NCBI GenBank assembly: GCA_036802945.1 | Contig: DAIRVG010000001.1 | Location: 33,166-97,165, forward strand | Direction: 5' to 3' | Length of the DNA: 64,000 nt | DNA from: Vicinamibacterales bacterium | GTDB taxonomy: Bacteria; Acidobacteriota; Vicinamibacteria; Vicinamibacterales; UBA2999 | Shown here: piece by piece, positions 18,016 to 26,342 of the stretch | How positions within the stretch are numbered: position 1 is the first letter of the stretch | Layout of the letters: each line of letters opens with the position of its first letter | Translations under genes and position numbers: made by a program | The notes under the pieces: generated by a model | The model's database searches: none | The model's input: the letters and a program-made list of their open reading frames with translations, nothing else | Told to the model about the DNA's origin: nothing

Positions 18016-18756
18016 ATGGAGCCCGACGAATATCGGCGCATGTTCGATCTCGAGGACCGCTATTGGTGGTTCCTCGCCCGGCGGGAGCTGGTGCGGATGC
18101 TGATCGAGGAACATGTCGAGCGGTGGCCTCCGTCGTTCGCGGTGGACGTCGGATGCGGAACGGGCGGGCCCCTGGCGGCCTTTTCCGCCGCTGGAGGGAA
18201 ATGGGTCGGGATCGAACAGTCGCCGCTGGCGCTGGCCCTCTGCCGGAAACGGGGCCTCTCCGGCCTGGTGCGGGCCTCGGCCGATAATGTTCCTCTGAAA
18301 TCCGGGTGCGCAGACCTGCTGCTGTGCCTCGACGTGCTCTACCACCGCAACGTGAAGGACGACCGGGGAGTGCTCTCCGAGTGCTTCCGCGTCATGGCCC
18401 CGCAAGGGACGGCGATCATCACCGATTCGGCGCTGAACTGGCTGCGCGGACCGCACGACGAGGCCGTCCATACCAGGCAGCGCTATCGCCTCGGGGAGAT
18501 CGCCTCCATGATCGAAGGTGCCGGCTTCGAGATCGTCAAGCGCACCTATGCGAATTCTCTCCTCTTTGTCCCGACGGTGACCCATCGCCTGGCTCGCCGG
18601 TTCTTCCCAGGAACGGAAGCGCGGTCCGACATCGTCGACGTTCCACGCGCGCTGGAGCGGATCCTCTCGGCGGTTCAGGCCGGTGAGCGATGGCTCCTCC
18701 GGCGCATGTCGCTGCCGATCGGGACGACGGTCGTGATCGTGGCCAGGAAGTCATGA
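18016..18756 (+). CDS. Class I SAM-dependent methyltransferase
   Basis: Contains DRYWWF, motif I VDVGCGTGGPL and LLLCLDVLYH. Confidence 0.8.
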   Translation: MEPDEYRRMFDLEDRYWWFLARRELVRMLIEEHVERWPPSFAVDVGCGTGGPLAAFSAAGGKWVGIEQSPLALALCRKRGLSGLVRASADNVPLKSGCADLLLCLDVLYHRNVKDDRGVLSECFRVMAPQGTAIITDSALNWLRGPHDEAVHTRQRYRLGEIASMIEGAGFEIVKRTYANSLLFVPTVTHRLARRFFPGTEARSDIVDVPRALERILSAVQAGERWLLRRMSLPIGTTVVIVARKS

Positions 18757-19457
18757 CCTTCTCCGTGATCGTCGCGACCTACAACGAGCGGGAGAACATT
18801 TCTCGCCTCATTGCGGAGACGCTTGCCCACGTGCCAGAGGCAGAGATGATTGTTGTCGATGACGACTCGCCGGACGGCACCTCAGGGGAGGTCCAGCGCA
18901 ATTGGGGCCACGACGCGCGGGTACGCCTGATCACTCGCGTCGGCGAACGCGGGCTGCCATCGGCGCTCGCCGACGGCATCGCCGTGGCTCGGGGCCAGAA
19001 GATTGCGTGGCTCGACGCCGACTTCAACATGGAGCCCGCCTTTCTGCCCGTGCTGTTCGCCGCCCTCGAGGAGGTGGACCTCGCGGTGGCCTCCCGCTAC
19101 GTCCCGGGGGGCGAGGATGGCCGGGGCCCGCGCCTCAGGGTCTGGGGGTCGGTGGCCGCGAACATCGTGGCGAGGACACTGCTGGACGCGTCCGTCCGCG
19201 ACTACACGTCAGGTCTCATGGCGGTCCGGCGCGAGGCCGTCGAGCGCGTGCCAGTGCTCCGTCACTATCGGCACGGCGACTACTGCATCGATTTCCTGTT
19301 TCGAGCCCGCCGGGCGGGCTTGCGGATCCGCGAGATTCCCTTCCGGTGCCTCGATCGCCAGGCCGGCGAGACGAAGACGGGCGCGACGGTCGGTCAGTTC
19401 CTCCTCATGGGCGCCACCTACCTGCAAACGATCCTGAAGCTCAGATGGTCTGCCTGA
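18753..19457 (+). CDS. GT2 glycosyltransferase (dolichyl/polyprenyl-phosphate mannose synthase-like, soluble type)
   Basis: ATG 18753 overlaps the upstream stop (ATGA). Contains FSVIVATYNERENI, IVVDDDSPDGT, WLDADF and SGLMAVRR. Confidence 0.85.
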   Translation: MTFSVIVATYNERENISRLIAETLAHVPEAEMIVVDDDSPDGTSGEVQRNWGHDARVRLITRVGERGLPSALADGIAVARGQKIAWLDADFNMEPAFLPVLFAALEEVDLAVASRYVPGGEDGRGPRLRVWGSVAANIVARTLLDASVRDYTSGLMAVRREAVERVPVLRHYRHGDYCIDFLFRARRAGLRIREIPFRCLDRQAGETKTGATVGQFLLMGATYLQTILKLRWSA

Positions 19458-19534
19458 AGGCGAGCCCGTCGTAGCGATATGCACGGCTCGACTGGCCCGG
19501 CTATGGCCAGCAATCCCGGTATCATCATCGAGAA

Positions 19535-20368
19535 ATGAAGAAGATCACGGCAGAGTGTCCCGCGTGCGGGGCTCCCGACGCAGAGGTCGTGCCGGAGTGG
19601 CCCAGGGCAGGCCGTCATCGCCCGATGGCGTGCTGGCAGTGCGGCCTTTTCTTTTCATATCCTCAGCCGTCGCCCGAGATGCTGCAGTCGTACTACGCGC
19701 CGGACGGCAAATGGCGCGCCGTGCGATCCGATGGCCAGGCGGCGGAGGCGCAGACCAAGACGAAGGGACGCGCCGGACGCGCGGTGCTCGAACTGCTGGA
19801 CCGTCACGTGTCTCCTGGACGTCGCACTGTCCTCGATTTCGGCTGTGGCACCGGGTCCTGGCTCAACATGCTCCAGGACAATGGATGGGAAACGTTCGGG
19901 ATAGAGCCGTCGAGCGACGCGGCGTTCGTGCGGCATCTGCGGCTGCAGGAAATTCCCACTGATGGCCGCTTCGATCTTGTAGTGGTCTATCACGTGCTCG
20001 AACATCTGCCGCGTCCGCTTGAGACGCTGAGGCTCCTCGCGGGAGCGGTCCGAACCGGCGGCTACTGCTTCGTCAGCGTTCCGAGGCTCGACACGGTGCT
20101 GCAACACCAGGACACGCGATATTGCCTCTACCCTCCGCACCACATCGTGGCCTTTACTGAGGCATGCCTGCGGGGCCTTCTGGCGAGGGCCGGGTTCGAG
20201 GTCGTGGACGCACTCCACCATCTCGACAATCTGTTCACGAAAGGGCGGCCCCTCCGTCTCCGTCTGCTGGCTCGCAAGGTCGCGTCCGACGTGTCCTATC
20301 CGGACCCCGCATCGGCGCTGAAATCGGTTCTTGCCGAGGTGCCGGTTCTCTTTACGCAGGCGGGCTGA
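19535..20368 (+). CDS. Zinc-ribbon SAM-dependent methyltransferase (paralogue of 41390..42229)
   Basis: Contains CPACG...CWQCGLFFSYPQP, motif I VLDFGCGTGSWLN and VYHVLEHLPRPLETL. By eye it is about 65% identical to the 41390 product. Confidence 0.8.
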   Translation: MKKITAECPACGAPDAEVVPEWPRAGRHRPMACWQCGLFFSYPQPSPEMLQSYYAPDGKWRAVRSDGQAAEAQTKTKGRAGRAVLELLDRHVSPGRRTVLDFGCGTGSWLNMLQDNGWETFGIEPSSDAAFVRHLRLQEIPTDGRFDLVVVYHVLEHLPRPLETLRLLAGAVRTGGYCFVSVPRLDTVLQHQDTRYCLYPPHHIVAFTEACLRGLLARAGFEVVDALHHLDNLFTKGRPLRLRLLARKVASDVSYPDPASALKSVLAEVPVLFTQAG

Positions 20369-22244
20369 GAGCCGTTTTCTCGCGCGATCGCTCGTTGCGG
20401 GACGTGTCGAAACGACGAGCGAGGGACGCGAACCACAGGATCAGTAGACGTTGCCACGCCGGCGGCGGCATAGTCGCCTCGTTCGTCGGTGCGCGTCCGG
20501 CGATCTCCTGGACCAGAGCATACGCGCGGATGGCGCCAGTCTCGTGGTCGCCGCGCGCTGCCGCAACCGCCTGCGGCCGCGCGGCCGTCTCAGAACCAAC
20601 GAGTATCGCGAGCTGCGCAACGGCGTCCTGGGCGCTCCGCACAACGACCAGCCAACCCTCAGTAGAGCTACGAACGCGACAGAAGCGCGCGAGCTCTGAA
20701 TCAGAATCGCGGTCCGCATCGAGCAGGGCGATCACGGGCCTGGCGCGGGCTCCGGCTTCGAGCGCCACCGTCAAACTCGCCGCGACGACGACGTCGGCCG
20801 CCATCAACGACTCGTTCAGCCGGAACAACCCGCGCCGCTCATCGGTGCCGGCGCGAGCCACGACGATCTCGGCAGTCGACGCGAGCCTGCGCCACACGGC
20901 GACCTCATCCGGATTGTGCACGTAGACGACGATGGCAGCACGGCGGACTTCAGGATCGCTGCACTCCTTCACCGATCGCCGCCACTCGTGAAAACGGGCA
21001 ATGAAGGCGCGCGTCGATACGGAGGGAGCTTCAAACAGGATGATGCGCCGGGACGCGTCGATGCCCATCCGGTCGCAGTAGGTGTCGCGTTCGACGAGCG
21101 TCCTTCTATCGATGACGTCCGAAGGCAGCAGCGGACCGGTCACCTGCATTCGATCCGGAGGAAAACCGGAATCGCTCGTCACTGCGCGACGTTGCTCCTC
21201 GTACCAAAGCGCGATGGCATCGGGCGCCTCGTACCGAAGAGCGCCACATGACTCGAGATCGTCCCACCGGATCGGAAGGAGAAGCGACTGGACGCCAAGC
21301 CTGCGTGCGGTCCTGAAGTAATCAGTCTCAATCGACTCGCCCGACTGGTGCGGCAGGACGATCAGCATGTCAGGTTTGCGATCCTCGAGAAAGCTGACGA
21401 TGGCGAGCTCCAGCGGGAGCGCCCGCTCGGTCGACGCCATGAAGCGTTGCGCGATTGTCCGCACGGGCCAGGCGCGCAGAAGCCGGCTTCGAGCCAGCTT
21501 TGCCGCGAACGGGGATGCACCTCGGATTGCGGACTCGAAGGCACGAATGCTGCCGTGCGCCCCGAATAGCAGGCGCCAGGCGGAGAGACATTCCCGCAAC
21601 GCCCGGGCCAGCGGCCGCCACGGTGAATCGAGCAGCTCCGGCGGGCGACCCACCGTGACGCCGGTATACAGGTCTTGAAGGGAAGACAGGTCCGGATCGC
21701 CCGGTGACACGCGCGCGATTGCCACGTGCGCGGCGTGCCCCTCGCGCGACAGCTGCTTCAGCAGGCCGGAGAGCGCGAGAAAGGCCGGAACGTCGGGCGC
21801 CACGAACAGCATCCGTCTCTTGAGCGCCGTCCCATGCTTCGACTGGAGGAACGATACGTTCGCAGCGATTTTCAGTCGCGCTTCTTGAGTGGCAAGTCGT
21901 GTCGCCCACTCGGTCAACAGAGGAATCGCGCGATCCGCAATCGCGGCCGCAAGCGGCGGTCGCGATCGCAACAGCTGTCCAATCTCCACCATTCGGCCAA
22001 GCGCGGTTCGCAGAACTTCCAGCGGCGGTCCTTCGCCTGTCCCGAGGTCGCGGAGCTCGATCACGCGATGGCTCGGCAGGCCATACCGACGAATCGCTTC
22101 CGCGCGCTCGTCCGCTGTTGACGTGATCACCCAGTCCGGTGGGCCTGGACTTGTTCCGATTCGAACGTCAAATGAATGGGACCTCGCAACCTTGCGAACG
22201 GCCGCGATTGCACGCTCGGTTGCGCCGACGAGCATGAGCGTCAT
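20352..22244 (-). CDS. Divergent member of the GT-B-like family P (copy P6) with ~155-aa N-terminal extension
   Basis: 630 aa. The core begins at RMLFVAPDV..LLKQLSREGHAAHVA. The blocks LIVLPH..., RWDDLESCG, ALWYEEQRR, MQVTGP, IILFEAPS and VVVAASLTVALEAGARARPV are collinear with the other five copies but degenerate. Confidence 0.7.
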   Translation of the reverse strand: MTLMLVGATERAIAAVRKVARSHSFDVRIGTSPGPPDWVITSTADERAEAIRRYGLPSHRVIELRDLGTGEGPPLEVLRTALGRMVEIGQLLRSRPPLAAAIADRAIPLLTEWATRLATQEARLKIAANVSFLQSKHGTALKRRMLFVAPDVPAFLALSGLLKQLSREGHAAHVAIARVSPGDPDLSSLQDLYTGVTVGRPPELLDSPWRPLARALRECLSAWRLLFGAHGSIRAFESAIRGASPFAAKLARSRLLRAWPVRTIAQRFMASTERALPLELAIVSFLEDRKPDMLIVLPHQSGESIETDYFRTARRLGVQSLLLPIRWDDLESCGALRYEAPDAIALWYEEQRRAVTSDSGFPPDRMQVTGPLLPSDVIDRRTLVERDTYCDRMGIDASRRIILFEAPSVSTRAFIARFHEWRRSVKECSDPEVRRAAIVVYVHNPDEVAVWRRLASTAEIVVARAGTDERRGLFRLNESLMAADVVVAASLTVALEAGARARPVIALLDADRDSDSELARFCRVRSSTEGWLVVVRSAQDAVAQLAILVGSETAARPQAVAAARGDHETGAIRAYALVQEIAGRAPTNEATMPPPAWQRLLILWFASLARRFDTSRNERSREKTALSPPA

Positions 22245-22254
22245 GCGGTCGGAT

Positions 22255-23730
22255 TCATCGTCCGATCGCTTGGGAACGCAGTGTCAGGCCGGGAATGGGC
22301 TCGACGACGGGAAATACAGCGCGCGTCGAGCCGTCCGGGACCGCGCTTCGCTCGATCAGGTCCGCGACCACGTGCGCGGCAGGACGGTCTAGTCCGCACG
22401 GCCGCAGAAACCAGCGGACGAACTCCAGGCGCTGCTGCCGTTTCTCGTCGGCGCCGTCGATGATTCGCGCGATCCGTTGGGTCGCGCTCGCCACATCACT
22501 CGCCACCTCGAGAAAGTCTCCCTTGATCAGGTGCCGGAAGTGCCCCGTGCGTCCCTGCGCCGCCCAGAACTCGTCGGCGACGATGGTGAGACATGGCCGC
22601 CCGGCGACGACAGCTTCAAGGAATGCGGTGCTGTTGAGACCGAACGCGCAGCTTCCAAGCGCAAGCTGGTTGAAGTACTGCTGCCACGACTCTGGCGAGT
22701 CCGCTTGATCCCCGCCACGCGGATAAACCACGACGCCGGGATGCTCGTAGTCCGCCCAAGGGGCCGGATTCGTCGGGTGAGGCCGGACGACGAGCATCGG
22801 TGTCCGACCGGGAAGTTGCCGGGCGATCTCCGTCGCAAGACGCGTCACGAGGTCGGTCTCGCTCTTCACGAGGGTGCGCGAGCTGCACAGGTACATGACG
22901 TAGGGACGATCGGCGGGACAACCCATATCCGCGCAGATCTCGTCACGAGTGGCTGTCGCGCGCATCGCAAAGAAGTGGTCCAGGTGTGGAGCACCAGTGA
23001 TGCGGATGATCCCTTCCGGCACCAGGTGCAGGTCCACGGCCTCGCGGGCCATCGGTTCATTCCAGACCATGAACTGATCCGGGAGCACATGGACGGTGCC
23101 CTTGCTCGTCAGGTTGTCCCAACTGTTGACGTAGCCGAGCGTCGGGATCCCCATACAGCGCGCCGCATGAATGTAGTCAGCCTCGACCAGATCCTTCGGC
23201 CAGATGGTCGGAGACACGAGCATCACCTGCGGCGCGACCTCGGTCAGCAGGGAAGTCAGCGTGGAGCTCGCTGGACTGGCGTCTTCGATCCAGCGCCATC
23301 CCCTCATGGCCGCCGGTTGCCGCAGGATGTACTTCCACGGGCCGCGCGCGATCCGAACGGCGAGGCCCGGGGGCATGTCACGTTCGAGGACTTCCACCAT
23401 GCGCGTCGGCGACGGGTGGCCCGGGCGCTGGTAGGCAGCATGGTTCATCACCTGTCTGCCGTAACGAAGCGCACGGCACGACGCTTCGGGCGGCTTCGGC
23501 CGGTGCCCGCTCGTGACGCCGGGAATCTCCGACTCCGCGGCGGCCAGGCCACGAGTGAGAACAAGCTTGCCCCGTTTGATCTTCCGCGCCACCTTTTTGG
23601 TGGCGCGCGGATCGTCGAGATCCACGCCGTGAAGGAACAGGACCTCGTGACCGCGGCGGCACAACTCCCGCATCACGGTGTCGAGATTGCGAAAGAAGTT
23701 CACGTGTTGCGCGACCATCAGGACTCGCAC
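22255..23730 (-). CDS. GT-B-like family P protein (copy P1)
   Basis: Contains MRVLMVAQHVNFFRNLDTVMRELCRRGHEV, NSWDNLTSKG, VWNEPMAREA, ITGAPHLDHFF, VMYLCSS, VVRPHP and FGLNSTAFLEAVVAGRPC. Confidence 0.75.
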   Translation of the reverse strand: MRVLMVAQHVNFFRNLDTVMRELCRRGHEVLFLHGVDLDDPRATKKVARKIKRGKLVLTRGLAAAESEIPGVTSGHRPKPPEASCRALRYGRQVMNHAAYQRPGHPSPTRMVEVLERDMPPGLAVRIARGPWKYILRQPAAMRGWRWIEDASPASSTLTSLLTEVAPQVMLVSPTIWPKDLVEADYIHAARCMGIPTLGYVNSWDNLTSKGTVHVLPDQFMVWNEPMAREAVDLHLVPEGIIRITGAPHLDHFFAMRATATRDEICADMGCPADRPYVMYLCSSRTLVKSETDLVTRLATEIARQLPGRTPMLVVRPHPTNPAPWADYEHPGVVVYPRGGDQADSPESWQQYFNQLALGSCAFGLNSTAFLEAVVAGRPCLTIVADEFWAAQGRTGHFRHLIKGDFLEVASDVASATQRIARIIDGADEKRQQRLEFVRWFLRPCGLDRPAAHVVADLIERSAVPDGSTRAVFPVVEPIPGLTLRSQAIGR

Positions 23731-23963
23731 GACGCCTCCGCTACCGCGCGCTGACGAAGTTCGAGACGCACGCCGTTATGATACGTGGTCGCCCGCAGAG
23801 AACTGATCCGCTGGGATATAGTCAATGCCGTACCGATGCATCGGGGTGCGTTACTCGGAATGAGGCGACGACTCGCCGCTACATCAGCCCGCAGCCACGC
23901 CATGCCGGCCACCATTTCGGCCGCCAGAGGTGATCCCCCGCTCACGCCGCCGTCCCCGGCGTC

Positions 23964-26342
23964 ATGACCGATCCCCGCCGACCGCGCCGCGCAGTCTGGA
24001 TCTGCCCGGGCCGTACCGTTGCTGCCAGCACGATGCTCCTCGGCACGCTCGGCATCCTGGCTGGCAGCGTGTCGGGTAATTCAGCGGCTACTTGGCTCAT
24101 CAAGGTTGTCGGGCCCAGCTTCTCCGTTGGAATCGTTCCAGGCGTACTCATCCTGCTGGCCTGGCGCCCAATCGCGCGCCTTCCAGTCGCCGCGCTGGCG
24201 AGTCTCGGGTTCGGTGTGAGTTTCGGACTGATCCAGGCCCTCACCGTCGTCGCCGTCTCTATGCACCGGGACACGGGCGAGATGCTGACGGCCCTCTATG
24301 TGGTTTCCGCGCTGCATGGAATCGCGGCGGTGGTCCGCCGCCGAGGCACTGCAGCCGTGATACACGGCAGTGATGTGCTGCTCGGATGCGCGCTCTTCGG
24401 GGTGGCGGCCTTCGCCTACCTTCAGGGAGCACCGTTTCAGGACACCGAGGATCAGATCCATGCAGCGATCGTCCGGCGCCTTCTCTATCTCGACGCGCCG
24501 TCGCTCGACAACATCTACTCGATTTACGCCGTCCCGCCGGTGATCTACACGTACCCCTTTCCCGGAACGCACTACCTGATGGCGCTGATCGCCCGGGCCG
24601 GTGGACTCGATCCGCTTTTTGTCTACCACAAGCTCCGCGCCTTCTGGGTAGTGATCGCCGTGTTGACTTTGTACGGATTCGTCAATGCGGTATTTGGTTC
24701 GAGACGACTTGCTCTCGTCTCCGCGCTGACCGGTATCGCGTTCATTGCCAACGGGACCTTCGGCACCGTCCGGGGGTTCTTCTGGGGACAACTCGAACCG
24801 GTCAGCCACGCCTCGGACGTGGCTCTGGGCGTCGTCCTGCCGGCATTGCTGCTGCTCGCCTGCTACTTCATCAAGGCGGAACGGCCGCGCGGCCAGACCG
24901 TTTTCCTGTGCGCAACGGTGATGCTGGGCCTGGCGCTGACGGCCGTGCACACGCGCGACGTCGTGCAGCTGATCGTGTACCTCGCCGCATTCGTCGGAGC
25001 GCTGGTCATCATAGGCCGGTCTCGAGCCATGTGGCACCGTGCGGCTCTTCTGCTCGGCACCCTCGCTGCCGCCCTGCTGGTATGGAGCGTCTGGCACGGC
25101 GCGACGGCCGATGCCGTCGGGCGTCTGGTTGTGCAACGACGCCCGGACCTAATCGGCACGGTCTCCAGATATTCCTGGACGATGTTGTTCGGTCAGCCCC
25201 ACGTATTGCTCTCGGACTATGTATCCGGCTTCTCGACCCTGTTTTATGGCTGGACGCCGATCGTGGTGCTCGTGGCCCCGTTCGCGCTCTATCAATACCG
25301 GCACCGCCCGCTCACGCTGCTGATTGGTGCCAGTGTCCTGTCGTATTTGATCATCATTCGCGTGCCCATCGTTGCCCTGACCTATGTCTGGGGCACCTAC
25401 TTTGAGATCCTCTATTCGCCGGTTCGAAACATCGTGTTTTTCGTCCACGCGTTGACCGGCGCGGCCGTGTACACGATCGCGTGCCGGCTCGCACACCTGC
25501 GCCCCGTCCTGGGGGTGGCTTCCGCCCTCGCGGTATCGGCAGTCGCCGTGCTCGTTTTCCACTTCGGAGCGCCTGCGTTCACGGAATGGATCGATCTGCT
25601 CTTCGTCCCGGCGATCGCCGGCTACCTGTTTGTTCTTTATCGTCTGTGGTCGCGGAGCGCGGAGCCGGTCAGGGTTGCGCCGAGCGGATCGTCCTGGTGG
25701 ACGGCCATCGTTGCCGTGTTGATTGTCGTGCCGGCGGCGCTGTTCACCTGGATGCCGGAAACCTCACCTGTTGCTTCCGGGCTTCGTGAAAACGTGAACA
25801 CTCCGACGGAGCTGTTCGCCGGGATCTCCTGTGAGCCAATTGGCGGGGTCTCTGTTCCGTTCGTGCCGTCCGAACTTGCAGCCGCGCCTCCCAGCATCCC
25901 GCTCACCAGGTCCTGTCCGCCGAGTGTGCGAGTGATGCAATTCGCGGCCGAGCGGATGTCGCCACAGGCCATTTTTGTCGCCGATAAATTCGCACGATTT
26001 CCACCGCCCGCGTTCATGCCACAACGGGTGGTTGCGTGGCCCAGCGCAGATCAGGAACTTATCAGCGAGCAGGACATGTTCGTGGAGTACTACCGGTATT
26101 ACCGCGCCCGGATGATTCGGTACGGAGTTCAGCCGTTCTTCAACGATCGCGAATCGAGAGCTGAACGCGTCGACTTCATCTCGCACGTTGGCGCGACGCA
26201 TGTGCTCGTGGATCCGGGGAACCACGAAACGATGGCACGCGTCCTCCGCGACTATCCCGATCTGTTCCGTCCCGTCTTCGACGAGGGCGGCTGGGCCATT
26301 TACGAGATCGTGCGCGCCCGACTGGGAAACGCTACCGGTTGA
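23964..26342 (+). CDS. Large polytopic membrane protein, GT-C-like (family A, copy 2)
   Basis: 792 aa. Contains PFQDTEDQIH, VIYTYPFPGTHYLMALI, FVYHKLRAFW, C-terminal QPFFNDRES and ATHVLVDP, and GGWAIYEI. It is strongly similar to 28596..31397. Confidence 0.8.
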   Translation: MTDPRRPRRAVWICPGRTVAASTMLLGTLGILAGSVSGNSAATWLIKVVGPSFSVGIVPGVLILLAWRPIARLPVAALASLGFGVSFGLIQALTVVAVSMHRDTGEMLTALYVVSALHGIAAVVRRRGTAAVIHGSDVLLGCALFGVAAFAYLQGAPFQDTEDQIHAAIVRRLLYLDAPSLDNIYSIYAVPPVIYTYPFPGTHYLMALIARAGGLDPLFVYHKLRAFWVVIAVLTLYGFVNAVFGSRRLALVSALTGIAFIANGTFGTVRGFFWGQLEPVSHASDVALGVVLPALLLLACYFIKAERPRGQTVFLCATVMLGLALTAVHTRDVVQLIVYLAAFVGALVIIGRSRAMWHRAALLLGTLAAALLVWSVWHGATADAVGRLVVQRRPDLIGTVSRYSWTMLFGQPHVLLSDYVSGFSTLFYGWTPIVVLVAPFALYQYRHRPLTLLIGASVLSYLIIIRVPIVALTYVWGTYFEILYSPVRNIVFFVHALTGAAVYTIACRLAHLRPVLGVASALAVSAVAVLVFHFGAPAFTEWIDLLFVPAIAGYLFVLYRLWSRSAEPVRVAPSGSSWWTAIVAVLIVVPAALFTWMPETSPVASGLRENVNTPTELFAGISCEPIGGVSVPFVPSELAAAPPSIPLTRSCPPSVRVMQFAAERMSPQAIFVADKFARFPPPAFMPQRVVAWPSADQELISEQDMFVEYYRYYRARMIRYGVQPFFNDRESRAERVDFISHVGATHVLVDPGNHETMARVLRDYPDLFRPVFDEGGWAIYEIVRARLGNATG

